Below, one piece after another: positions 1-8,645 of a stretch of 27,927 nucleotides of DNA. The DNA lies in IMG/VR virus record IMGVR_UViG_3300047375_000098, positions 1 to 27,927 of that record. One strand, given 5' to 3'. The stretch's first letter is position 1; each line of letters opens with the position of its first letter. Made by a program: the position numbers and the translations under genes. Below the pieces are notes generated by a model that saw only the letters and a list, made by a program, of their open reading frames with translations, ran no database searches and was not told the DNA's origin. The DNA comes from a virus. Its lineage: Duplodnaviria > Caudoviricetes.

Positions 1-2102
1 TCGTTAAAAGCACCAGAGTTTGTCGCTGGGAGTAGAGCATCGGTAATTTTAATACCTTTACCAGATGTGCCGTGAGAACCAATATAAGGGTATGAGCCAT
101 TAGCACCAATACTACCTACAGTTGAGCCGTCTTTGCGGAACTTAGCTATGTCACCATCATTAGTGTTTCGACCAAAGATTGCGCTTTCAGCACTAGCCTT
201 CACCGCAGTAAATAATCCATCAGCACGGGCTTGGATACCAACAGTCGTAGTGTTTTCAACAGTCTTACCCACCAACAAGTTACCTGACGAATCTATTCTC
301 ATTTTTTCCTGACCGCCATCAACACCAAACGTAAGTGGGTGTGTACCGATACTCATCATAGAGACGGTGTTTGAGCCAGTTGTGCCGAAGTATCCGTTTG
401 CAGTTCCGTTTGTAATTTGTAGGTAATTTGCACCAGTTGTGTTTTCTATCTTTGTGGTAACAGAATTGTTAGCACCAGTAACGTCAATGCCTGTTGATGT
501 TGTGGCTAGTTTGGTTGCGCTCTGATATTTAAAACGGATGTCACCACTAGAATTAGTTTGCAAGTAATTATAATTGCTATTATTTATATAAAATTGGTCT
601 GCCTTAATATATAATGACCCTTCTCCACTACCTGTTACATCATCAATATAACTATGTGACCCATCATGGTAAATCTGTAGGTCAGACCCAGCACCGAATA
701 TGGCTTTGTCGTTGTCACCAAATGACAAGTCGCCTGACATTGTACTGCCAGTCTGTAACACAGCACCACTTAACGAAGCATAAGCCGCTACCCAAGTAGA
801 ACCCTCGTAAACTTTCATAGTGTCGTCTGTGCTGTTAAAGTAGAGGCTACCAGCAACCAGTGCGTTTCCGTCATTGTCTACTGATGGATTGCTAGACTTT
901 ACACCTAAGTATCTATCGTCAAAGTTATCTAAAGCCGCTAAAGCCGCATCCTTAGAAGCTGATGCCGCTGTTGCAGAGTTAGCCGCCGCTGTTGCAGAGT
1001 TAGCTGAATTTGTTTCTGCGCCCGTTATTGAGGCCGCACTTGCCGCCGCCGCTGTTGCTGAGTTTGCACTTGCAGTAGCTGAGTTTGCAGAAGATGTAGC
1101 TGAAGCCGCCGCTTCGTTTGCTTTTGTTGTAGCAGTTGCGGATGAATTAGCAGAAGCTGTAGCACTTGAAGCACTATTTGTTTCTGAAGTTGCCGCATTG
1201 GTTGCTGAAGATGCCGCCGCATTCTTTGAGCTTAACGCATTTGTTTCTGAGTTTGAGGCCGCAACTTGTGAAGCACTCGCTTCATTGGCTTTAGTTGTCG
1301 CTGTAGTAGCTGAGTTCGCACTATTTGTTGCACTTACTGCGCTATTATTGGCTGATACAACAGCTTCAGCGGCTTTAGTTGTCGCTACGGTTTGACTAGA
1401 GTTAGCTGATGAAGCACTTGATGCACTTGCCGTTGCACTATTTGATGATGATGTAGCACTATTAGCGGCATTAGTTTCTGAAGTAGAACTTGCGCTTTCA
1501 GATGCAGATGCGGCATTTTTAGACGCTAAAGCTTCTGCGGCACTTGTAGAACTTTCACCAGCTTTTGTAGTTGAAATAGTTGCTTGAGCTGATGCTGTTG
1601 ATGCAGAAGCAGACGCTTCATTAGCTTTAGTTGTAGCTGTAGCGGCGTTATCATCTGCAGTTAATACTTCAGCCATGTTTGCCGCGACTGAGTTAACATT
1701 AGTTGTATTACCTGCAACTATATTTACGTTACCTGCAATCTCTGCAACTGTATCAATATTATCTATATTAGCGTTGATTGTAGCAATAGCACTATCAGCT
1801 CTATCTCTACTTTCTTCAGCTATTAGTCTGTTTTGTTGGTGTGCTAAATCCAGATCAGCCTCAAATAATGTTGAGCCATCTGCAAAATCCACTAACGGAT
1901 TTAAAGGTGTAGCACGACTAATAATAACTTTAGCACCTGACGCTGGTGTTGCGGCTATATTAATTGTCGTTGAGTTTAAAAATGTAAAAGTTGGAGCTGT
2001 CCCATTTACGGTAACAACTACGTCTGCTTGATTTATGTATGTGAACGGTATTTGAAACTGGTTCGTCGCACCGTCAGCGACATAGTTTACAATGGATGCC
2101 AT
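1..2102 (-). CDS. gp17: Tail fibre protein, T7 gp17-like N-terminal adaptor; runs off the left edge (>=700 aa)
   Basis: Absent from the ORF track because no stop lies in the window. Manual translation from ATG at 2102 (GGAG 6 nt upstream) gives MASIVNYVADGATNQFQIPFTYINQADVVVTVNG...PLVDFADGSTLFEADLDLAHQQNRLIAEE, a gp17 N-terminal domain pattern. An Ala/Ser/Thr-rich stalk and beta-rich modules follow (DNFDDRYLG, LSFGDNDKAIFGAGSDLQIYHDG, MRIDSSGNLLVG). The frame was open wherever I checked, down to position 3. Confidence 0.92.
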   Translation of the reverse strand, partial: MASIVNYVADGATNQFQIPFTYINQADVVVTVNGTAPTFTFLNSTTINIAATPASGAKVIISRATPLNPLVDFADGSTLFEADLDLAHQQNRLIAEESRDRADSAIATINANIDNIDTVAEIAGNVNIVAGNTTNVNSVAANMAEVLTADDNAATATTKANEASASASTASAQATISTTKAGESSTSAAEALASKNAASASESASSTSETNAANSATSSSNSATASASSASSANSSQTVATTKAAEAVVSANNSAVSATNSANSATTATTKANEASASQVAASNSETNALSSKNAAASSATNAATSETNSASSATASANSSATATTKANEAAASATSSANSATASANSATAAAASAASITGAETNSANSATAAANSATAASASKDAALAALDNFDDRYLGVKSSNPSVDNDGNALVAGSLYFNSTDDTMKVYEGSTWVAAYASLSGAVLQTGSTMSGDLSFGDNDKAIFGAGSDLQIYHDGSHSYIDDVTGSGEGSLYIKADQFYINNSNYNYLQTNSSGDIRFKYQSATKLATTSTGIDVTGANNSVTTKIENTTGANYLQITNGTANGYFGTTGSNTVSMMSIGTHPLTFGVDGGQEKMRIDSSGNLLVGKTVENTTTVGIQARADGLFTAVKASAESAIFGRNTNDGDIAKFRKDGSTVGSIGANGSYPYIGSHGTSGKGIKITDALLPATNSGAFN
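964..1005. repeat. Two tandem 21-bp copies within the tail-fibre low-complexity region
   Basis: gccgctgttgcagagttagcc followed by gccgctgttgcagagttagct; encodes a 7-residue ANSATAA-type unit on the minus strand. Confidence 0.8.
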
Positions 2103-2120
2103 CCATATCTCCTATATTGT

Positions 2121-2145
2121 AATAAGACCTCGCCGAAGCGAGGCC
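2121..2145 (-). terminator. Hairpin with C(UUCG)G tetraloop and weak U-tract between gp16 and tail fibre (leaky terminator or RNA-stability element)
   Basis: Minus strand GGCCTCGC-TTCG-GCGAGGTC-TTATT; 8-bp stem with one G-U pair; intergenic. Confidence 0.6.
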
Positions 2146-2155
2146 GTTGTAGTTG

Positions 2156-5100
2156 TTAATCGAGTCTTAGATTATCCAGAATTGTCTCTGGTTTTACTGC
2201 AGGTTTATTACGCTGACTGTTTCTTAGGAACTTCCTGTAAGCCTTTGTTTGCTCACGTATAACTGGATATTCTTTCATTAACTGTCTTAACGCTTTATCC
2301 CTGTAACGCTTAATTTCTCTATTAAGCATAGCTACCCTGTGACTTTCTGAAGCTGATACTAGACCGTAATCTTCACCGTCTTTATTGTATTTTTTGCTTT
2401 TGATAACTCTTTGTAGTTTTTCATTTAAAGTTCTTGAGCCAGATTTCATTGAACCCATTAATTGATTCCAACGTTCTACCTGATCTGCAGTAAGCTCTAC
2501 GCCTTTTACTTTTCTGGTTGCACCTTGAAATCTATAACCTAATTTACGCATTTCTTTGTTAATTAAAGCTGTGCCAACATCTTTCTCTTCAAGACCTTTT
2601 TTGGTAATATGTACGAAACCTTTAAGTCTATCAGGTGTGTCTAAAGGCTGTCCGTCTATCCAACTGTATTTGATAGTAAGACCATCACGACCAATTCCTG
2701 ATTGCTTTCTAAGCTTATCTAAGTAGCTACGAGTGTCACGTAAATATTCATCATTCATGTTACCTGTCTGGTTTGTAAGACTAGATAACGGTAGTAATGA
2801 TGCCATTCGTTGCTTAAAGAAGTTCTCAATTTCCCAAGGACTATCTTTAGAATTCATTAAGCTTACTGTATCAGAGATACCTTGTAGGTATGTTTTAGAT
2901 ACGATGTTATTACCTGCCGCCGCTACAAACATAGCCATTAGGTCTGTTGCATCGTTATCTGCCATTTGACCTGCTACAATCATTTCATTGATATCGGCTA
3001 CGATACCAAACGATGTAGTCCAAGGGTCTAATCGAGCATAACTAACCCAGTAAGGCTTTTCATCTGTACCAAAGTTAATTGAGTATGGTTGCCAATCCTT
3101 TGATTCACGCCATAATTTAGCTAGTTTTGGGTCAGTCGGACCACCTCCAGATAGCTTATTATTAAGGGCGAGAGCCGATAGAGTACCATAAATAGCAATA
3201 CCCATAGCCATCTTACCTCTAGCTTGCGCTCTTATAGATGGGTCAGCGTTATTCCATTCATCTTTGTACTGCTTTCTTAATAGATTAAACGCTGGTGTTC
3301 TATCTATAGCTTGGTTTAAGATATTCATTGGTGTTTGAATGAACGGTGTTAACTGTCTCATTAACGGGTGTTTATTTACAAACCCTTGGAAGTTTCCAGA
3401 GAATGTTCCTTTTTCTAGTGGCTGTGTAAATGTAGCCTGTCTAGCTTCTAGCAACGCCGCTGATGAATAACTACTATTCTTGTTAGCAGAACCAATAGCA
3501 TTCTCAATGAACTTCTCTTTAACTTTAGGGTCGTCTACAACTCTGCGAGTTATAACAGCATCCGACCAAGCTTCTTCAGCATCTATCTTTGTGACAAATG
3601 CTTTTTCAAACGTATCTTCAATCCACTCACGTCGTGTATTAAATCCAGCTTTTTGAATATCTTTGATATCCATGTAAGCCGCGTCAGTAGCTATCTTAGC
3701 TTGTAGATGTGACCTGTAAGAAAGTTGCTTAAAGAATTCATCTTCAGCTCCTAACATACGAGATGGTATAGTTAACGCTTTGCCTAGTATGTCTAACGTC
3801 CCACTCTTAACTCCAAGGTATTCAGATGATATTGCACGGGGGTTAGTACCTTGCATTGCGTTATCAACCTTAACACTTTCATCTAGTATAGGCTTCATGT
3901 TGTAGCCAGACCTAGCCGCTAATTGTATGGCATCAGAAAAGTTAGATATATAATATGTATACATCTTCATTGCGGTCTTAGCTTCTTTTAAGTTTCCACT
4001 TAAAACCGCACCTACTGCGCGTTCTGCAGGTCTCATCATAAGGTTAACACTGTTTGAAGTCATATTGAGCATATGTGTAGTCGGACCACTTAAAATAGAG
4101 TTAATCCAATATTCATTTAGAACACGTAACCACTTACGTTCTGCCGCTTTAAATATAGTCTTGGTACGCTGTTTACTGTTAGTAACTTTAGATAATTCTT
4201 GAGCTAGTTTTCTTACCTTCTCACTACCACCAAACATATCAACTCTATTTACAAAGTCAGTACCAAGAGAATTGTCAGTGACAACTCTACCTGCGCTTGT
4301 TGCTCTAGCCGCTGATGTTTGTAGTGACTTAACGTTTGCTACTACTTCCATAGTTGCTTGCATCATATCTACAAACTTATTTTCATCGACTTCTGTAAGT
4401 GTGCCAAGTTCTTTCTTTTCAGTCAGTTCTTTTGAAAGTCTACCAACTTCGTCACTCATAGATTGTATAGCAAATTTACCTGCAACTATCTTCTCAGATA
4501 AATCTCTTGTGATTGTTTCAGTGATATTTAGTTCTTTAATGATGTTGTTAGGGTTTGTGCCAGAAGCATCTGCGATATATTTAATTGCGCCTCTATGTAC
4601 ATCATCAAGTGTTTGAGGCTTATCTAGCTTCATCTTTTTGAATGTTTTAGACTCTCTCAGTACAGTTGTGAATTCTTCAAGAATCTTAGCACCCTCAATC
4701 GGCTGGTTCATATTTCTTGAGTTAAAGAATGCACCATCTTCAATAGATACTAATTCAGTGTCACCACTCTCAAATGCTCTTGATAAAGCTTTTTCAAAGT
4801 CTTCTTTCTTAATTAAAGGAACTTTAGCTTTTGGCTTGATTACTTTAGGCTCTACTTGTGCCTGTAGTATCTCACTCTTTGCTTCATCAGATGTCTTTAT
4901 CTCTACATCTGCTTTAGCATTTGCAGGGATATCTAGCTCACTCATTGCTTTTGCAGGGTCGTCTGACGCTAACGCTTCCGCTGTTTTAGCATTCAATTCG
5001 TTTTCAGCTTTAATCTCAGCTTCTGTCTTAGGGACTTCTACTAGATCATCACCAGCTTCATTAGGCTTAAATTTAGTACCATCAGGTGCTTCAAGTGTAC

Positions 5101-6001
5101 CATCATCATTAGCTACAAGCTTATCAGGTTTACCGCTTTGAGTTTCTATTTCATTTAACTCTGCGTGTGTTTCATCTAGTTTAGCCGCTGTTTCATCAGA
5201 TACTTTACCTAGTTTCTTTATCTCTGCTTTAGCTTTACCGCCAAGCATATAGAACTTAACACCTTTAATAATACCTTCTAAAGCTAGTCCAGTAACACCA
5301 CCTTCAATAGAATTTCGTAGGCGGTTCTCCCATTCGGGTGCGTCTACATCCATTTCAAGTGCTTCAGTTATTGGGTTCGCTAAAAAGCTATCTTCAATAA
5401 GAGATGATATGTTAGCTTCATATGGGTCAAACACAGTAGCATCAACGATACCACCTTTAAGCATTGCACCAACAAAAGTCTTTGCTCCACCAAGTGCAAC
5501 AAATCCTGTAACAAACTGTGAGATACCTTCAGTAAAACCACCAATCATGGTTTCACGTTCGTCATCAATAATGTTTAAGTTTTCTACAGCTTTAGTGATA
5601 ATGTCTTGATCTAGCTTATCTTTGTTAGCTACAACCTTTTCCCTATCCCAGTAGGTAGGTATCATACTATCAGCTTTACCATCACCGTCATTGTCTTCCC
5701 AGACTAAACGACCTGTACCAAGCTTATCTTCCACCCACTCGCCAGCACTATTAACTGTCTGTGCTGTTTCGTTGATAGCTCCTTCGATACCGTTTAAGAT
5801 ACCTTCGCCCATGTCGGCAAGAGTACCAAAGAAGCCAGTACCTTCTGGTTCGGCTTCTACAACATTAGTCTCCTGTACTGCCTCAATAACACCAATAGTC
5901 GAATTATATTTATCCTGACCGTATTTGGATATGAAGTCTGTAGAAGACAGCAAGCCGCCTTTAAGACGCTGTTGTGCGTCTTTGAATTCTTCTTCTTCCA
6001 T
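2156..6001 (-). CDS. gp16: Internal virion (ejection) protein D, T7 gp16-like, 1281 aa
   Basis: Size and position (last core gene before the tail fibre); C-terminal WQPYSINFG...YWVSYARLDPW pattern typical of large podophage ejection proteins. Confidence 0.8.
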   Translation of the reverse strand: MEEEEFKDAQQRLKGGLLSSTDFISKYGQDKYNSTIGVIEAVQETNVVEAEPEGTGFFGTLADMGEGILNGIEGAINETAQTVNSAGEWVEDKLGTGRLVWEDNDGDGKADSMIPTYWDREKVVANKDKLDQDIITKAVENLNIIDDERETMIGGFTEGISQFVTGFVALGGAKTFVGAMLKGGIVDATVFDPYEANISSLIEDSFLANPITEALEMDVDAPEWENRLRNSIEGGVTGLALEGIIKGVKFYMLGGKAKAEIKKLGKVSDETAAKLDETHAELNEIETQSGKPDKLVANDDGTLEAPDGTKFKPNEAGDDLVEVPKTEAEIKAENELNAKTAEALASDDPAKAMSELDIPANAKADVEIKTSDEAKSEILQAQVEPKVIKPKAKVPLIKKEDFEKALSRAFESGDTELVSIEDGAFFNSRNMNQPIEGAKILEEFTTVLRESKTFKKMKLDKPQTLDDVHRGAIKYIADASGTNPNNIIKELNITETITRDLSEKIVAGKFAIQSMSDEVGRLSKELTEKKELGTLTEVDENKFVDMMQATMEVVANVKSLQTSAARATSAGRVVTDNSLGTDFVNRVDMFGGSEKVRKLAQELSKVTNSKQRTKTIFKAAERKWLRVLNEYWINSILSGPTTHMLNMTSNSVNLMMRPAERAVGAVLSGNLKEAKTAMKMYTYYISNFSDAIQLAARSGYNMKPILDESVKVDNAMQGTNPRAISSEYLGVKSGTLDILGKALTIPSRMLGAEDEFFKQLSYRSHLQAKIATDAAYMDIKDIQKAGFNTRREWIEDTFEKAFVTKIDAEEAWSDAVITRRVVDDPKVKEKFIENAIGSANKNSSYSSAALLEARQATFTQPLEKGTFSGNFQGFVNKHPLMRQLTPFIQTPMNILNQAIDRTPAFNLLRKQYKDEWNNADPSIRAQARGKMAMGIAIYGTLSALALNNKLSGGGPTDPKLAKLWRESKDWQPYSINFGTDEKPYWVSYARLDPWTTSFGIVADINEMIVAGQMADNDATDLMAMFVAAAGNNIVSKTYLQGISDTVSLMNSKDSPWEIENFFKQRMASLLPLSSLTNQTGNMNDEYLRDTRSYLDKLRKQSGIGRDGLTIKYSWIDGQPLDTPDRLKGFVHITKKGLEEKDVGTALINKEMRKLGYRFQGATRKVKGVELTADQVERWNQLMGSMKSGSRTLNEKLQRVIKSKKYNKDGEDYGLVSASESHRVAMLNREIKRYRDKALRQLMKEYPVIREQTKAYRKFLRNSQRNKPAVKPETILDNLRLD

Positions 6002-6016
6002 TTTATAATCTTTCTA

Positions 6017-7657
6017 TTAGTTATTGAGGTTTTCTGGAATATTGCTAGTTCCAGTTGTCATAACTGCATCGCTTAATTTCTCTAAAACATTTGCGTATTT
6101 ATCTACTAATACTCTAAATACGTTCATTGTGATTTCGTCCCTCTCAATGGTACTAGGAAATCTACCGCCATTATCTTTTATGAACTTTTCAACACCTATT
6201 CTCACGAATTGCCTGTATTCTGAGCCAACTTGGATTGCTCTCTGATGTCTAGCGTCATCAAAGTCTTCCATGTTACCTTTAAACATTTGCTGTATGTCTT
6301 TTAACAAATCAGATTCTACAGATTGACCTACAAAATCTAAATTAAGTTTATCGTCTAACTCAGGGTTATATTGAGATTTCCAGATATTTAGTTTGGCGTT
6401 AACACCTTCTACAGTAACCTTACCGTCTTCTGCGTATCTTAAAATAATATCAGAAGCTTCTTCATAGGTTTTAGCTTTACTTAAAGCCGCATCTAAATTT
6501 AGTTCGCTTTCTGCAGTTTTATTTTGTCCACCAAGTTGTTGAGCTTTCTCGATTGACTTTAAAGTATTGTTGTAAGATATTGCTAATGAAGTGTTTTTCT
6601 CTTCAGACGACATCCTTAATTTAAATATTTGACCTCTTAAAATTGTTTCATTTTCTGGTGTTGGGTCGTTAATATAATCAATAAGGAATTGTGCGGAGTT
6701 TGCACGAATTACTTCATTTTCTTTATCTAATAGTTTTTCTTCTCTAGCAATCCTAGCGTTCTCTATCTGTATAGATTTAGTTATAATCGCGTTTTCTTTT
6801 TTCTTATAATATAAAGAATTACCTACAAAATCTGTACCAAATTTAGTGTCTTTAAAAACCTCTAAGACTTCTAAATCACCAGTTTCTTGTACGTGCATAC
6901 CAACAGCATCAATTATTGTGTCTAATACTTTAGCGTTGTTTGCACCGTTTACTGAATATTTGGCGGCTGTTTCTTCTAACCACACACCAAACATCCCACG
7001 GTTTGTCATATAGGATACTTCATCCATATCATCAGTAAGCATAGTAGAGACAGCTTCATATACCTCGTTACCAAGTTGTTTGTAGTTCTCTTCTTTCTGC
7101 CATTCGATATGTTTATTCTGCCAAGATTGTCTAAATAATTCTTCTGCTTTAGCCGCTGACGTACCAAAGTTAGTTGCCATTTCTGCGTCAGAGAATTGTG
7201 ACATACCATTTGCTTCTACGAAATCAGCTTGGAAATCACTAATAAACTTATTAACTACATTAGGGTCGTCGTTATGATGTAGGTTTTCAGACGCTAATGC
7301 GGCCTCTAGTTCACCTGTATATCTCATGGCTAACGTGTTCATCTGTGACTCACGATAACCTTTTCTTAAATAAGGACTTGCACCTTCTGGTATTAGACCT
7401 TCTTTAACAGCTTCGCCCATAGCAATTCTGTTTTCTTGATATAATCTCGTACCTTCTTTGTACGCTGTTTCATCTGCACGTTTTTGATTATTCTCTTCGT
7501 TACGTTTAACCTTTGGGTCTAAACGGTTTAACATTTCTGTTAACTTAGCGAAGTCGTTATTCTTAACTGGTTGTACATATGTCTCTACAACTCTAGCAGT
7601 AGGAGATGTATTTGGTATTTGGTTTTCGAATGGATTACCCACTACTGGTCGTGCCAT
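6017..7657 (-). CDS. gp15: Internal virion protein C, T7 gp15-like, 546 aa
   Basis: Synteny between gp14-like and gp16-like genes; helical, charged composition; AGGAG RBS upstream. Confidence 0.7.
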   Translation of the reverse strand: MARPVVGNPFENQIPNTSPTARVVETYVQPVKNNDFAKLTEMLNRLDPKVKRNEENNQKRADETAYKEGTRLYQENRIAMGEAVKEGLIPEGASPYLRKGYRESQMNTLAMRYTGELEAALASENLHHNDDPNVVNKFISDFQADFVEANGMSQFSDAEMATNFGTSAAKAEELFRQSWQNKHIEWQKEENYKQLGNEVYEAVSTMLTDDMDEVSYMTNRGMFGVWLEETAAKYSVNGANNAKVLDTIIDAVGMHVQETGDLEVLEVFKDTKFGTDFVGNSLYYKKKENAIITKSIQIENARIAREEKLLDKENEVIRANSAQFLIDYINDPTPENETILRGQIFKLRMSSEEKNTSLAISYNNTLKSIEKAQQLGGQNKTAESELNLDAALSKAKTYEEASDIILRYAEDGKVTVEGVNAKLNIWKSQYNPELDDKLNLDFVGQSVESDLLKDIQQMFKGNMEDFDDARHQRAIQVGSEYRQFVRIGVEKFIKDNGGRFPSTIERDEITMNVFRVLVDKYANVLEKLSDAVMTTGTSNIPENLNN

Positions 7658-7666
7658 ATTATTCTC

Positions 7667-8179
7667 CTATCCTATATCGAATGTTCGTTGAGCGTTTTTC
7701 TCATCCATATCCAACTTATAGTTTGCTAAAGGTTCTGCGACTGCAAATAGACTTTCAGCAAAGCTTGGTGGTGGGTTTGAGTTTATTCTGTTTTGTGCTT
7801 CAGATTGGAAAGCGAGTTTATCCATTTCGTTCTGAGCTTGCATACCTTTAAGTTGACTATCAACTCTCGCTGTCATTATGCCTTCAGAACGTTCAAAATC
7901 ATTTATAAGCTGGTCAACGTTTCTACCTTGAACCCCAGAACCACCAGCTACAGCTAACGCTGTCCCTTGTGCTTTCATGGCTTTTAAATCAGCATCTTGT
8001 TTTATCTCAGATGCTTTATTTTGTTCTTGTAATAGGCGTAAGTTCGATTGCTTGCTCTTTATAAAGTAAGCGTCTTTAGAGGCTTTAGCGACTGCCGCCG
8101 CTTGGTCTGCTTTTGCTTTTTGTTCCATTACTGCACCACCTACTTTTAGGGCAGTCATTATGGTTGCTGGGTCACACAT
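7667..8179 (-). CDS. gp14: Internal virion protein B, T7 gp14-like, 170 aa
   Basis: MCDP N-terminus, Ala/Gln-rich helices and GGSGVQGRNV motif typical of gp14-like proteins; synteny. Confidence 0.8.
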   Translation of the reverse strand: MCDPATIMTALKVGGAVMEQKAKADQAAAVAKASKDAYFIKSKQSNLRLLQEQNKASEIKQDADLKAMKAQGTALAVAGGSGVQGRNVDQLINDFERSEGIMTARVDSQLKGMQAQNEMDKLAFQSEAQNRINSNPPPSFAESLFAVAEPLANYKLDMDEKNAQRTFDIG

Positions 8180-8645
8180 TTTTATTAATCCTTACAAATT
8201 CGTAAAAGGGTCTGCTTTCAGCCCCGTAGTTTTCGTGCTTGTTGATGAACGTAAAGCCCATCCAATCAAGCCATTTCATATGGACAGTGTTTCGGGCATC
8301 TACACAGTTATATAGTAATGAATAGTCTTGACCTAAGTAGGCCAAAGCTTCTTTACTGTTTCGCAAGAAAGTCATCTGGTATTGATAGATGTCATCTGTA
8401 GCGCACATCCAGACGACCCCTGCGTTTTCTAAATCAGATTTTACCACACCACACAGACCCACACGCTCACCATTAGGTGAACGTAGGGTTAGTGTTATGT
8501 CTCCTATATCAAGGCCATTATGAAGAACGCCTAGAGGCTCATTACCTGTTGCCGCTTTACATTCTTCATAATCTGCTTGTCTTAATTTAGGAGCGATAAA
8601 ATCTACATCTTCCACCGTTGTTGGTGTTAGTAGTTTATTATCCAT
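8172..8645 (-). CDS. gp13: T7 gp13-like protein (GNAT/acyltransferase-like fold)
   Basis: LRQADYEEC...LYNCVDARNTVHMKWLDWMGFTF pattern; position directly after tail tube B. Confidence 0.8.
   Translation of the reverse strand: MDNKLLTPTTVEDVDFIAPKLRQADYEECKAATGNEPLGVLHNGLDIGDITLTLRSPNGERVGLCGVVKSDLENAGVVWMCATDDIYQYQMTFLRNSKEALAYLGQDYSLLYNCVDARNTVHMKWLDWMGFTFINKHENYGAESRPFYEFVRINKNV

Noticed and set aside
874-2031. Plus-strand ORFs 874-1395 and 1675-2031 (Ala/Val/Leu-rich, membrane-looking) and minus ORF 1025-1222
   Set aside because: Shadows of the low-complexity tail-fibre gene; no RBS; composition explained by GCN/TCN/ACN codon bias on the coding strand
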